Below, in pieces: positions 30,154-38,458 of a stretch of DNA of 64,000 nt (positions are counted from its first letter, which is position 1; each line of letters starts with the position of its first letter). Position numbers and translations under genes: made by a program. The DNA is from a virus. The notes under the pieces were generated by a model. That model ran no database searches. It worked only from the letters and a program-made list of their open reading frames with translations, and was not told the DNA's origin. The DNA is taken from positions 1-64,000 of IMG/VR virus record IMGVR_UViG_3300045971_000354, one strand, 5' to 3'.

Positions 30154-31251
30154 CTAAAATATTAAACTGTAGACTAAGGCTTTTTTACGACTTACCATTT
30201 CGTCATTTACTACAACTCCGGTAGTGCTACTAGATACATAATATAATCCAGTGCCGCCGCCACCTGGGGCTTTTGAATAAAACCCAATTTGTCCCGAAGC
30301 AGGGCGCGGAGTATTTACTGCCGCAAATACTGCCGAACTTGCAAATACAACTTGAGTTGCTGTTGAATTAGTCGATAAGATTAAATCTTGATTTAGATTT
30401 GTTGGCAATATAGTGTTGCGAACAAGTTGTATTCCTACAAATTGTGCCGAGATATCAGAGATTCGCATAACAACTGTTCCAGTCGTAATATTGTCGGGGT
30501 TATCTGCAAGGTTTCCGTGCACTACTCCAACAATTTCACTTACCGGTGCGGCGGTTAATGCATTGTCAACTAATTTAACATAAGTCGTTCCGGTTGCAAT
30601 AAAGGTTGCACCGTTGCCGTTTATTGCAAGTTTATTATCAACATATTTCTTATTAGGAATATCATCATCGTCAACTACTCGATCTGCATATCCTGAAGTC
30701 CCTGCTACACTTATTACCGCAGTAGGATTTTCTTTTCCAAATATGTTCAACCTAGGAGCACCAGTACCTGCACCAATTGTTGATGCAGAGAACTGATCAA
30801 TACGAATTGCATTTACTTTAATTGCAGAAAATTTAGGATTGTTTGTTGTTTGACCAATTCGAAATTCAAATAATCCATTTACTTGTCCTACACGCCCGGT
30901 GCCGTTCCACACTGCATTTTCATTCCATTCAATAAATGCTGCAAGGTTATCAGTGTCGTTACCTACCCGGCCTCTTGATATTTTAAGCCCGCTAGTGCCG
31001 CCTGCGGCAGTGATTCCACCGTTAAATGCAGTAGTTGGTTCGCCGGAATTTAGAGTTATAATATTATCTCTAACATTAGAATTTACAGATTCGATGTAAG
31101 TAGTCGTACCTCTTACATCTAAATTTCCGTTAATTACCACATACCCCGAAGTTGCAGTAGTTCCGTTGTTAAGAACATCAAGGACAATACTTCCGCCAGT
31201 TGCAGCATGTATTTGGTAGTCGCCTTGTAATTTTAAAACATCAGTTGTCAT
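30154..31251 (-). CDS. Putative virion structural protein (365 aa)
   Basis: INGNLDVRGTTTYIESVN..VRDNIITLN fibre-type motif and DDDIPNKKYVD. Late promoter at 31271-31276. Confidence 0.75.
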   Translation of the reverse strand: MTTDVLKLQGDYQIHAATGGSIVLDVLNNGTTATSGYVVINGNLDVRGTTTYIESVNSNVRDNIITLNSGEPTTAFNGGITAAGGTSGLKISRGRVGNDTDNLAAFIEWNENAVWNGTGRVGQVNGLFEFRIGQTTNNPKFSAIKVNAIRIDQFSASTIGAGTGAPRLNIFGKENPTAVISVAGTSGYADRVVDDDDIPNKKYVDNKLAINGNGATFIATGTTYVKLVDNALTAAPVSEIVGVVHGNLADNPDNITTGTVVMRISDISAQFVGIQLVRNTILPTNLNQDLILSTNSTATQVVFASSAVFAAVNTPRPASGQIGFYSKAPGGGGTGLYYVSSSTTGVVVNDEMVSRKKALVYSLIF

Positions 31252-31270
31252 TGTTCTTAATCCTTTTAAC

Positions 31271-31276
31271 TATTTA
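31271..31276 (-). promoter_or_regulatory. Late promoter core TAAATA
   Basis: tattta 20 nt upstream of ATG 31251, with SD AAGGA between. Confidence 0.65.
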
Positions 31277-31279
31277 TTC

Positions 31280-31816
31280 TTAGTAAACTGTAAGTAAAAC
31301 CGAGTCTACTGTCATCCCACAGCTATGTGGATAATAAGGATGACTTTGAAATTTTAATATTACACCAAAACTAGGATCTTGCAAAATTGCAGGAGTTAAA
31401 GGCTCTCCCCATAAATCAGTAGAACTACCGTATGTTGTTTCATTTAAGATTGTTAAATGCCCTTCGCTATCGGTTTTATAAACAAAATTGTTATTTCCGT
31501 AAGGTAACCCTTGATACGTTAGTTGTATAACTTCGTCTACAATTCTTCCCATTCGTTGTGCATTAAGATTTAATTGTAGCCCTGTGATAATAGTAGGCAA
31601 TTGTACCATTCGAAAATCTGTACAAGTTAACGACCATGTTTTATTTCGTAGGTCGCCAGTTGCCGGGTTTGAAATATGTTTTAAATCTCGCAGTGTTGTC
31701 CATCTGCTGTTAAGCAAGAAACCTTCATCTGCCGTTGGCACAGATTTCCATCCAATTTCGTATTCTGGAATTTCGCTAGATTGCGATACACTATTAGGTC
31801 TAAAAGATATTGACAT
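31280..31816 (-). CDS. Hypothetical protein (178 aa)
   Basis: ORF filling the gap in the late operon; protein-like composition. Confidence 0.7.
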   Translation of the reverse strand: MSISFRPNSVSQSSEIPEYEIGWKSVPTADEGFLLNSRWTTLRDLKHISNPATGDLRNKTWSLTCTDFRMVQLPTIITGLQLNLNAQRMGRIVDEVIQLTYQGLPYGNNNFVYKTDSEGHLTILNETTYGSSTDLWGEPLTPAILQDPSFGVILKFQSHPYYPHSCGMTVDSVLLTVY

Positions 31817-31822
31817 TTAAGT

Positions 31823-31842
31823 TAGGGGACCGAAGTCCCCTA
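31823..31842 (-). terminator. UUCG stem-loop (terminator or mRNA-stabilising hairpin)
   Basis: TAGGGGAC-TTCG-GTCCCCTA directly after the stop at 31849; weak U-tract. Confidence 0.6.
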
Positions 31843-31848
31843 TATTGC

Positions 31849-32490
31849 TTAGATGCTAGCAAGACTTACGATACCTGCAGAGGCACCGCTAATTGTCCAG
31901 CCTGCGACAGCGTTTTGTCCGAATAAGAACGAACCGCTTGCTGTGCTTTGTACTAGTACTACCTTACGAGCAGTTAACTTATTAACATAGTATGTGCTAC
32001 CATTTAAGTCAGTTGCAACTATATTCATAGTTCCTGCTGTTAATGTAGATGTAGTTACTAACTTACACTGACCAACTCCGTCAGATGTTCTAACTAGATA
32101 TCTACGTGTACTTTCTTGCTTAACAATATCACCTAATGTGCGGGCAGCGCCGCCTGAAACGAATGCAGTAAATGCAAGTGCATTTGCAGTTGTTGTTAAT
32201 GCAATATTAAATGTTGCATTTGCTCCCGGTCCGCTAATCGACACAGTAGGAATACTTGTGTATCCGCCACCGCCGCTTATCAATGCAACGTTTGTTATTG
32301 CACCACCAGCTACAGTAATCGAAGCAGTAGCCGTTACTCCGCCAGCAAGTTGCGGGTTACTAAATGTTAAAGTTGCTGTATTAGCGTAGCCAGTACCAGG
32401 AATTGCAACCGAAATTGATGCAACATCTTCGCCGCCGACTGGTGGTGTATTTAAATTACCGAAGTATCTTTTTTTAATTGGACGTCCCAT
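31849..32490 (-). CDS. Putative abundant virion (decoration/fibre) protein (213 aa)
   Basis: Start reassigned to ATG 32490 (MGRPIKKRYFG) after SD GGAGA. Contains an ISxGGGYTSxPTVSISG module. Has its own late promoter and a 3' UUCG hairpin. Confidence 0.75.
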   Translation of the reverse strand: MGRPIKKRYFGNLNTPPVGGEDVASISVAIPGTGYANTATLTFSNPQLAGGVTATASITVAGGAITNVALISGGGGYTSIPTVSISGPGANATFNIALTTTANALAFTAFVSGGAARTLGDIVKQESTRRYLVRTSDGVGQCKLVTTSTLTAGTMNIVATDLNGSTYYVNKLTARKVVLVQSTASGSFLFGQNAVAGWTISGASAGIVSLASI

Positions 32491-32564
32491 TTTGTTTCTC
32501 CATAATGACGTTCTAGGTCCTACGCTGTGGGTACAGCATAATGCCTCAACCGAGGCTGACCCTT

Positions 32565-32580
32565 TATTTAGTGTTAAATA
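32565..32580. promoter_or_regulatory. Back-to-back late promoter cores (- 32565-32570, + 32575-32580)
   Basis: tattta-gtgt-taaata between divergent genes. Confidence 0.7.
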
Positions 32581-32599
32581 CACTATCTAGGAGACTACT

Positions 32600-33232
32600 A
32601 TGGAATTTACGTTAACAAAAGAAAAACTACAAGAATGCTTACCTAATAACAAAGAGATTGATTTATGGTTTCCTGTGTTAGAGAAACAATTTGGTTATTA
32701 TCAAATCAACACTATTCAACGCGCAGCCGCATTCCTTGCGCAGTGCGGTCATGAAAGTATGGATTTTACAACTACACACGAAAACTTAAATTACTCTGCA
32801 CAAGGGCTTGCAGGAACATTTAAAAAGTATTTTCCTACAGTAGACGATGCTACTCCTTATGCTCGCCAGCCTGAAAAAATTGCCAATCGTGTATATGCTA
32901 ATCGTATGGGTAACGGTGATGAATCTAGTGGCGATGGTTGGAAGTTTTGTGGTCGTGGAATTTTACAAATTACAGGACACGATAATTACCATGAATGTTC
33001 ACAATTCGTTTTTCAAGATAGTAGATTATTAACTGATCCCTCTTGGTTAGAAAGTAAAGAAGGATGTGTTTCGGGTGCTTGCTGGTTTTGGACAAAACAT
33101 CAACTCAACGATCTTGCAGATCAAGATGACATTAAAGAAATTACACATAAAATCAATGGTGGGTATATAGGATTAGATGATCGCACTACACGGTACAATA
33201 GTTGCTGCGATATTTTAGCAGACAAATCTTAA
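32600..33232 (+). CDS. Glycoside hydrolase family 19 endolysin/chitinase-like
   Basis: AAFLAQCGHES, ENLNYSA, IANRVYANRMGNG, GRGILQITGHDNY, ITHKINGGYIGL motifs. SD AGGAG. Confidence 0.92.
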   Translation: MEFTLTKEKLQECLPNNKEIDLWFPVLEKQFGYYQINTIQRAAAFLAQCGHESMDFTTTHENLNYSAQGLAGTFKKYFPTVDDATPYARQPEKIANRVYANRMGNGDESSGDGWKFCGRGILQITGHDNYHECSQFVFQDSRLLTDPSWLESKEGCVSGACWFWTKHQLNDLADQDDIKEITHKINGGYIGLDDRTTRYNSCCDILADKS

Positions 33233-33972
33233 GATTTACTTTTACAATTATCCCCGTGCCAGCGAGGATACGTGTTTACTGAAATAAGTTGTTGACAGTG
33301 AGGGCATAGAAGTTTTTTACGTTTCTTACCTATGTTAGAATCGCCGCGTCTACGTTTCTCTTCTTCTGTTTGCTTTCGTCCTCGAATTTTATCACCTATC
33401 TTTTTCCGTGTTTCTTCATTTAACGAGCCGTTAAAATCAGGTTGTTTACTTTTGTGATTAGTTGATAAGTTATTTTTCCATTCTTCACTAAACGGGTCTC
33501 GTTTCTTTCCTAACTTACTATCAACAATTTTTTGTCGTTGCTCTTCTGTTATTTGATTTCCTAAATTAGCTTGCCTAATTTTCTCTCTTGCTTCAAGTGT
33601 CTGAGTCTTACCATACATCCCATTTCCTTCACCTGTAAATTTTACACTTTGTAGAGCAGCATACTCTTGCTTAATCGATTCATATACTCTAGAAGTAATT
33701 TTTGTATGATACCGATTGTTAGTAGAGTCTGCCCTCATCATCCTTAATGCGTTCAACATTTGATGATGAGCATATCCTGTAGTAGATTTTACTAACAACC
33801 AATGACATATGAAATGTTCTCTTGCCGTTAATACAGATAAATTATCAATATCATCAGTTCCGCCCATGCATCTAGGAATTATATGGTGAGTCTCTGTGTA
33901 AACAGATTTATCTATTTTACGGGTTTGACCACGGGCAGTTATTTCGGTGTACCATTTTTCGTATTTGCTCAT
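33229..33972 (-). CDS. Free-standing HNH homing endonuclease with NUMOD3-like repeats
   Basis: ETHHIIPRCMGGTDDIDNLSVLTAREHFICHWLL; NGMYGKTQT..AREKIR and ETRKKIG basic motifs; C-terminal CPHC..RWHGDNC. Confidence 0.88.
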   Translation of the reverse strand: MSKYEKWYTEITARGQTRKIDKSVYTETHHIIPRCMGGTDDIDNLSVLTAREHFICHWLLVKSTTGYAHHQMLNALRMMRADSTNNRYHTKITSRVYESIKQEYAALQSVKFTGEGNGMYGKTQTLEAREKIRQANLGNQITEEQRQKIVDSKLGKKRDPFSEEWKNNLSTNHKSKQPDFNGSLNEETRKKIGDKIRGRKQTEEEKRRRGDSNIGKKRKKLLCPHCQQLISVNTYPRWHGDNCKSKS

Positions 33973-33977
33973 ATCTA

Positions 33978-34028
33978 TATTTATGTTAGTTACCTTTACA
34001 TTTTAATATATACAGAAATTTAAGTCAA
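33978..34028 (-). promoter_or_regulatory. Sigma70-like promoter (TTGACT-N17-TAAAAT) plus late core TAAATA for the HNH gene
   Basis: -35 at 34023-34028, -10 at 34000-34005, TAAATA at 33978-33983. Confidence 0.6.
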
Positions 34029-34029
34029 C

Positions 34030-34054
34030 AAAAAACCCACCGAAGTGGGTTTTT
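34030..34054 (-). terminator. Rho-independent terminator after major capsid gene
   Basis: AAAAACCCAC-TTCG-GTGGGTTTTTT; UUCG loop typical of T4-like phages; T-tracts on both sides. Confidence 0.88.
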
Positions 34055-34076
34055 ATTTTACCAATTAAGTAATTGC

Positions 34077-35252
34077 TTACTTGAATGATACATTAGAAGA
34101 AACGATCTTAACCTTACCTAAGTAATCCGCAGCATTACCAAGAGATGATGCAGTATTGGTTAATTCGACGTAGCCATAGCGGGTGAGAAAGCCAACTACT
34201 GGTTCGAATGTTGATGGATCTAACACAACACCAGAACTCATTAGAGGAATGTAAGGGCAATAGAATGCCGCTGCATCTGCTTCTGAGGAACCCTTGTAAC
34301 CGATAAGGACTTGATTGTCATCATCAGTATCAGGACGATATGCATCAACATACACACGCATAGCACCGTTCAATGTACCAACAAACTTTGTGTTTGTAGG
34401 AGCTTCGAAAGTACCTTCTGTTGTACGTGCAAATGCACTTGTTGTTGCTGACTGAAGAATAGTCAACGCTTGGTTGGACACGACAGCCCAGTTACCTGAA
34501 CCACGACGTGTACGCTGAGCGATCAAGTTGCTTACGCGATTGATCTGAATTGCAAGAGCAGCGTGCTCATCACCAACGAATGTAGCAGTACCTGAAACTA
34601 GGGACTGGTCATAAGTTTGTTCAACTGAAGCAAGAGCACGTAGCGAAGCTAAGATTTCTTGGTCGATTTCAGTTGTAATTTCTTGTGCCAAAGCAGCCAT
34701 GATTTCTGCTTCGATGTCAATACCTTGTTGGGCTTGTGCATCTTGAGCAGCTTCAAAAGTCCAACGAGCTGAAAGCTTGCGGCTCTTAGCTTCGACTGGG
34801 CTCTTCAAGATTTGAATGCTCATTCTACGACCAGGTGTACCTTCCATTGCGCCTGTGGAGTTCGCTTTTGGAGTAGTATCATTGTCGTTACCGGAGTAAG
34901 CAGCAGCGATCTTGAATGGGCTAAGTGCTTCTTCACCAGCAACTACGTTTGCGCCGCTATCTGCATAGCGAACACGTAATGTGTGGATCTGAGCAACTGG
35001 ACCAGTCATAGGTTGAACGCCAACGATTTCGTTAGCGATAACTGTTGGCATAACACGACGGATTACTGGAAGAATCACGCGGTTTAGTGTTGCGATATTA
35101 CCTGCAGAAGTTGCACCAGCGGATGCTGATTCAACCAAGTGACGGCGTGTATTCTCTAAGCATACGCTCATTGAAGAACGACGAGTTCCTTGGAGGCCTT
35201 CAAGCAGAGCTTCTTTTGTATCTGACCATCTTTCGTTTAATAGTTGTGACAT
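34077..35252 (-). CDS. gp23: Major capsid protein (T4 gp23-like)
   Basis: RRVMPTVIANEIVGVQPMTGPVAQI, AKSRKLSARWTFEAAQD, AFYCPYIPL, DPSTFEPVVGFLTRYG motifs. Confidence 0.95.
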   Translation of the reverse strand: MSQLLNERWSDTKEALLEGLQGTRRSSMSVCLENTRRHLVESASAGATSAGNIATLNRVILPVIRRVMPTVIANEIVGVQPMTGPVAQIHTLRVRYADSGANVVAGEEALSPFKIAAAYSGNDNDTTPKANSTGAMEGTPGRRMSIQILKSPVEAKSRKLSARWTFEAAQDAQAQQGIDIEAEIMAALAQEITTEIDQEILASLRALASVEQTYDQSLVSGTATFVGDEHAALAIQINRVSNLIAQRTRRGSGNWAVVSNQALTILQSATTSAFARTTEGTFEAPTNTKFVGTLNGAMRVYVDAYRPDTDDDNQVLIGYKGSSEADAAAFYCPYIPLMSSGVVLDPSTFEPVVGFLTRYGYVELTNTASSLGNAADYLGKVKIVSSNVSFK

Positions 35253-35267
35253 TTATGTCTCCTTGAA

Positions 35268-36359
35268 TTATTTTAGACCCGCTAATTTGCGGATATCTAG
35301 AATGTTGTCTAAGCCTACCTCAGACTTTCTTGCTACGCGATCACCAGTAACTACTTGTGCTGATTCTTTCAAAACAGCAGGTTTTGCTTTTCTAGTTTCG
35401 CCTTCTACGACTGCGGGTAGGTATTTCTCAAAAGCAGCAGAAAGTTTTGCAGTCTGAACAGACTCCAAAAGTTCTTTCATGATGCCTCTCTTGTCGGCTC
35501 CCAAAGGTGCTAACAGTTCGCCCATTACGTTTGCACGTTCCATCAAATCTTTCTGAGCGCGGAGTGCGCGATTAGAAGATTCAGCTAGTTGTCGTGTCTT
35601 AGTTAGAGCAACTCGAGCTTCAGCAATTTCAGTTTCTTTCTTATCTACAATCTTCAACAGACGAGCTGTATCAGACTTTTCGTTAAGATAAGAGTGCTGA
35701 AACTCTTGGGCAAACGCTTCAAAAATACGACGACCAAAGCTGTTTGTACGAGCTGAGTCAATATCTTCACGTAGTTGAGAAATCTCTTTACGTAAAGTAC
35801 CTTCTACAGTTTGTTGAACAGCGCCAGCGGCGCGTTTAATGAATTGTGTTTTTACTTCGTCAAATTTAACTTTAGCGCCTGCAACTAACTTAACTTTCGT
35901 TTCAGCTAGATCACGCTTATCTTCAGCAAATTCAGCGATTTCCTTGGCCAATGCGCTTACCACGAATTGTTCAAGTTTTTGGAAGTTTTCAGTAACCTTA
36001 CTACGATCACTTTGGAATTCCACTAGTTCTTTTGCCAACTGCTGAGCAACAAATGATTCCATGACGCTTGCGTCACTTGACATTTTTTGAACATACTTAG
36101 CGCGTGTTTCTGCTAATGTACGCTTGTCTTCAGCTAGTTCGGCCATCTCTGCGGCCAATCTCTCACTCAACATCTTGTCGATTGCTTCAACCATAACACT
36201 TTTATCGTGTTCATACTTTGTAGCAAACTCTTCACGAAGTAGAGCGGTGACTTGGTCGCGATTCTCTTGAATCTTTGTTGTGAATGCGGCTTCAACTTCA
36301 GAACGAATTTGCTCTGACATTACACCACTTTCAACTAATTGTTTGAATGCGTCCAACAT
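35268..36359 (-). CDS. gp22: Prohead core scaffolding protein (gp22-like)
   Basis: Coiled-coil, Glu/Lys/Ala-rich; lies between protease and MCP as in T4. Confidence 0.8.
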   Translation of the reverse strand: MLDAFKQLVESGVMSEQIRSEVEAAFTTKIQENRDQVTALLREEFATKYEHDKSVMVEAIDKMLSERLAAEMAELAEDKRTLAETRAKYVQKMSSDASVMESFVAQQLAKELVEFQSDRSKVTENFQKLEQFVVSALAKEIAEFAEDKRDLAETKVKLVAGAKVKFDEVKTQFIKRAAGAVQQTVEGTLRKEISQLREDIDSARTNSFGRRIFEAFAQEFQHSYLNEKSDTARLLKIVDKKETEIAEARVALTKTRQLAESSNRALRAQKDLMERANVMGELLAPLGADKRGIMKELLESVQTAKLSAAFEKYLPAVVEGETRKAKPAVLKESAQVVTGDRVARKSEVGLDNILDIRKLAGLK

Positions 36360-36375
36360 CTATTTCTCCTCGGGC

Positions 36376-37011
36376 TTATTTTAGACCTTTTATTATCTTA
36401 AGGAGTGATTCTTTAAGATATTTTTGGGCCTTTGGATCTTCTTTTACTTCTTGCGCTACACGCCACGAGTTGTACCCACCACGATTGTTCATAAGATGTT
36501 CATAAACAGGTGTAGGATACGCACCAGGGGCGCTAGGCTGTGCAACTATGTCAACCGTGATAATCTCAAAATCGGATACTTCGCCAGAGCCTTCGTTAAC
36601 GTTTCCGCTACCGCGTGAGCTCACGCCAAGTTTTACACCTGCTTCAAGCATGGTCTTAATAAGATTGCCCATAGGCGTTGGCAAAACTTTCATCTTGCCG
36701 TAGCCGTTCGGACCATCCATCCACATCTCAGTTATCATGTGTGATACACGGTCTAAATTTACTTTAAGATCATCAGGGTGATCAACTTCGCCTAGAACAC
36801 TGTAACCGTTTTGAATCTGGTCGTTTAGAGTTTTTACTGCATTGCCAATCTCGGAGACAGGGTATACACGCTGATTTGCATTGCGTATACCACCTTGGAT
36901 GCAAATACCTTTCAACCAAAGGTTCTTTCCATCCTTCTCATCACTCTCCAAAACAACACGAGCTTGATCAAAACTTAAATGTTCACGAAGGTATTTCACC
37001 TGATGTCTCAT
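36376..37011 (-). CDS. gp21: Prohead protease (gp21-like)
   Basis: NANQRVYP, LGEVDHP, GVKLGVSSRGSG, DIVAQPSAPGA motifs. Confidence 0.93.
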   Translation of the reverse strand: MRHQVKYLREHLSFDQARVVLESDEKDGKNLWLKGICIQGGIRNANQRVYPVSEIGNAVKTLNDQIQNGYSVLGEVDHPDDLKVNLDRVSHMITEMWMDGPNGYGKMKVLPTPMGNLIKTMLEAGVKLGVSSRGSGNVNEGSGEVSDFEIITVDIVAQPSAPGAYPTPVYEHLMNNRGGYNSWRVAQEVKEDPKAQKYLKESLLKIIKGLK

Positions 37012-37016
37012 GATAA

Positions 37017-38069
37017 TTAAGCGTTACGGTGTGGAGCACCAGTCAATGGGCTACGAGTTTGAACGCCGCCAGTTTGACCTGCTTTGTCGCCGCCAGCTAC
37101 TGCACCGACGCCTGCACCTTCTTTGTTGCCTGGCTTAGGAACTGCCTTAACAGTCTTAATACCCGACTTCACGCCGTCGACATTATGTGTTCCAGCTGAA
37201 GTGAACTTGTCACCACGCTTCAATACACCTGTATTCTTTGGCTGGTGTGGTGATTGACCGTCTTGGTTTTCTCCCATACCTTTTTGTGCAATGTTCTTAG
37301 CATTTGCGCCAGTTTCTGGCTTACCCTTAGCTGAACTAATTGGGCTGTGCTTAATAACACCACCTGTTTGTCCTGCCTTGTCACCACGTCCGGAACCAAC
37401 ACCTTCACCGTCAGCCATTGCAACGCTTACACGTTCAATATACTCACGCATTGTTTCGCCTTGTGACTTCTTAGCTGTAGTACGGCTTTCTTGCATTGGG
37501 AATGCCTCATCTTCTTCGTCGGACTCTTCTTCGTCGTCGGACTCTGCATCGTCAACGCTGTCAAGTGGATCGTTACCTTCTTCGTCGTCATGGACGCCAG
37601 GCTCTTTTTCTTCTTCGTTGCGTTCTGCACCCATAAGTGCTTCAAACTCAGCTTGAAGTTCGTCTAGTGCGCTCTTAAGATCTAATACATCATCTTTTGT
37701 AGCTGGCTCACTTCCGCCTTCGTCTCCGCCGAATTCGTCACCGCCGAATTCATCACCACCCATTGCATCAGCATCGCCGACTTCACCGCTAAGGTCATCA
37801 GTCTGATCTTGAACTGGGAATTCTTCTTCGTTTTCTTCGCCGCCGAAGCCTTCGTCTACTGAGTCATCTTCGTCATCTTCAGATGCTTCATCTACCGATT
37901 CATCTTCGTCATCGGTCATTTCTTCTACGGACTCTTCTTCCTCTTCCGCAATAAGGTTTTCATAAATTTCGCGTGACTTTTCTACAACGATTTCGTGAAA
38001 TAGCTCATTAGCTTTTTCTGTTTCTTCGTTTACAAGATAGTCCAATAATTGTTCGAACTTGCTAGACAT
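37017..38069 (-). CDS. Acidic prohead core/internal protein (350 aa)
   Basis: Very D/E-rich N-terminal half and G/K-rich C-terminal half. Position between portal and gp21 matches T4 gp67/68. SD AGGAG. Confidence 0.65.
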   Translation of the reverse strand: MSSKFEQLLDYLVNEETEKANELFHEIVVEKSREIYENLIAEEEEESVEEMTDDEDESVDEASEDDEDDSVDEGFGGEENEEEFPVQDQTDDLSGEVGDADAMGGDEFGGDEFGGDEGGSEPATKDDVLDLKSALDELQAEFEALMGAERNEEEKEPGVHDDEEGNDPLDSVDDAESDDEEESDEEDEAFPMQESRTTAKKSQGETMREYIERVSVAMADGEGVGSGRGDKAGQTGGVIKHSPISSAKGKPETGANAKNIAQKGMGENQDGQSPHQPKNTGVLKRGDKFTSAGTHNVDGVKSGIKTVKAVPKPGNKEGAGVGAVAGGDKAGQTGGVQTRSPLTGAPHRNA

Positions 38070-38110
38070 GGTTTAAATCTCCTTTTATCAGTTGGCAAGG
38101 CTGTCGTGTA

Positions 38111-38184
38111 TATTTACAGCCCAAGTTAATTACTTATACGAAATGCACCAAAAACGGCCGATCTTGAAAAAAATAGGGTATTTA
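38111..38184 (-). promoter_or_regulatory. Two late promoter cores TAAATA (38111-38116, 38179-38184) for the head operon
   Basis: Both in the intergenic gap upstream of 38069. Confidence 0.6.
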
Positions 38185-38193
38185 GTGAAAATT

Positions 38194-38445
38194 TTAAATT
38201 TGTGCGGCACCGTCTTCTGGTGGGGGATTGGCATACATTACTCTAATTAAAGCAGCATCTTCCATTGCTTCTTGTTCACGGGCCTCGCCAGCCTGACGCA
38301 ATTGATTAAGCATTTTTAATGTTAATCTTGTTTTACGAGTATCGTTAACACTTAGGATAGAATCGTCATGGTCAGGATCATAACGTTTATCTTCTTGTTG
38401 ATCTTCGTCTTCGTCTGTAAAGTAAACAAATTCTCTTAGTAGCAT
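38194..38445 (-). CDS. Small head-module protein (83 aa)
   Basis: Start reassigned to ATG 38445 (MLLREFVYF..DTRKTRLTLKMLNQLR), 5 nt after TAAATA at 38451-38456. The longer ORF-track version overlaps the portal gene. Confidence 0.7.
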   Translation of the reverse strand: MLLREFVYFTDEDEDQQEDKRYDPDHDDSILSVNDTRKTRLTLKMLNQLRQAGEAREQEAMEDAALIRVMYANPPPEDGAAQI

Positions 38446-38458
38446 AAGGGTATTTAGC

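Noticed and set aside
5003-32389. Numerous 60-200-aa plus-strand ORFs opposite the fibre and giant genes
   Set aside because: Antisense shadows of Thr/Ala/Gly/Val-rich genes; no promoters or SD.
1-32490. Diversity-generating retroelement or invertase shufflon acting on fibres
   Set aside because: No reverse transcriptase, recombinase, adenine-specific TR/VR pair or inverted cassettes in the window.
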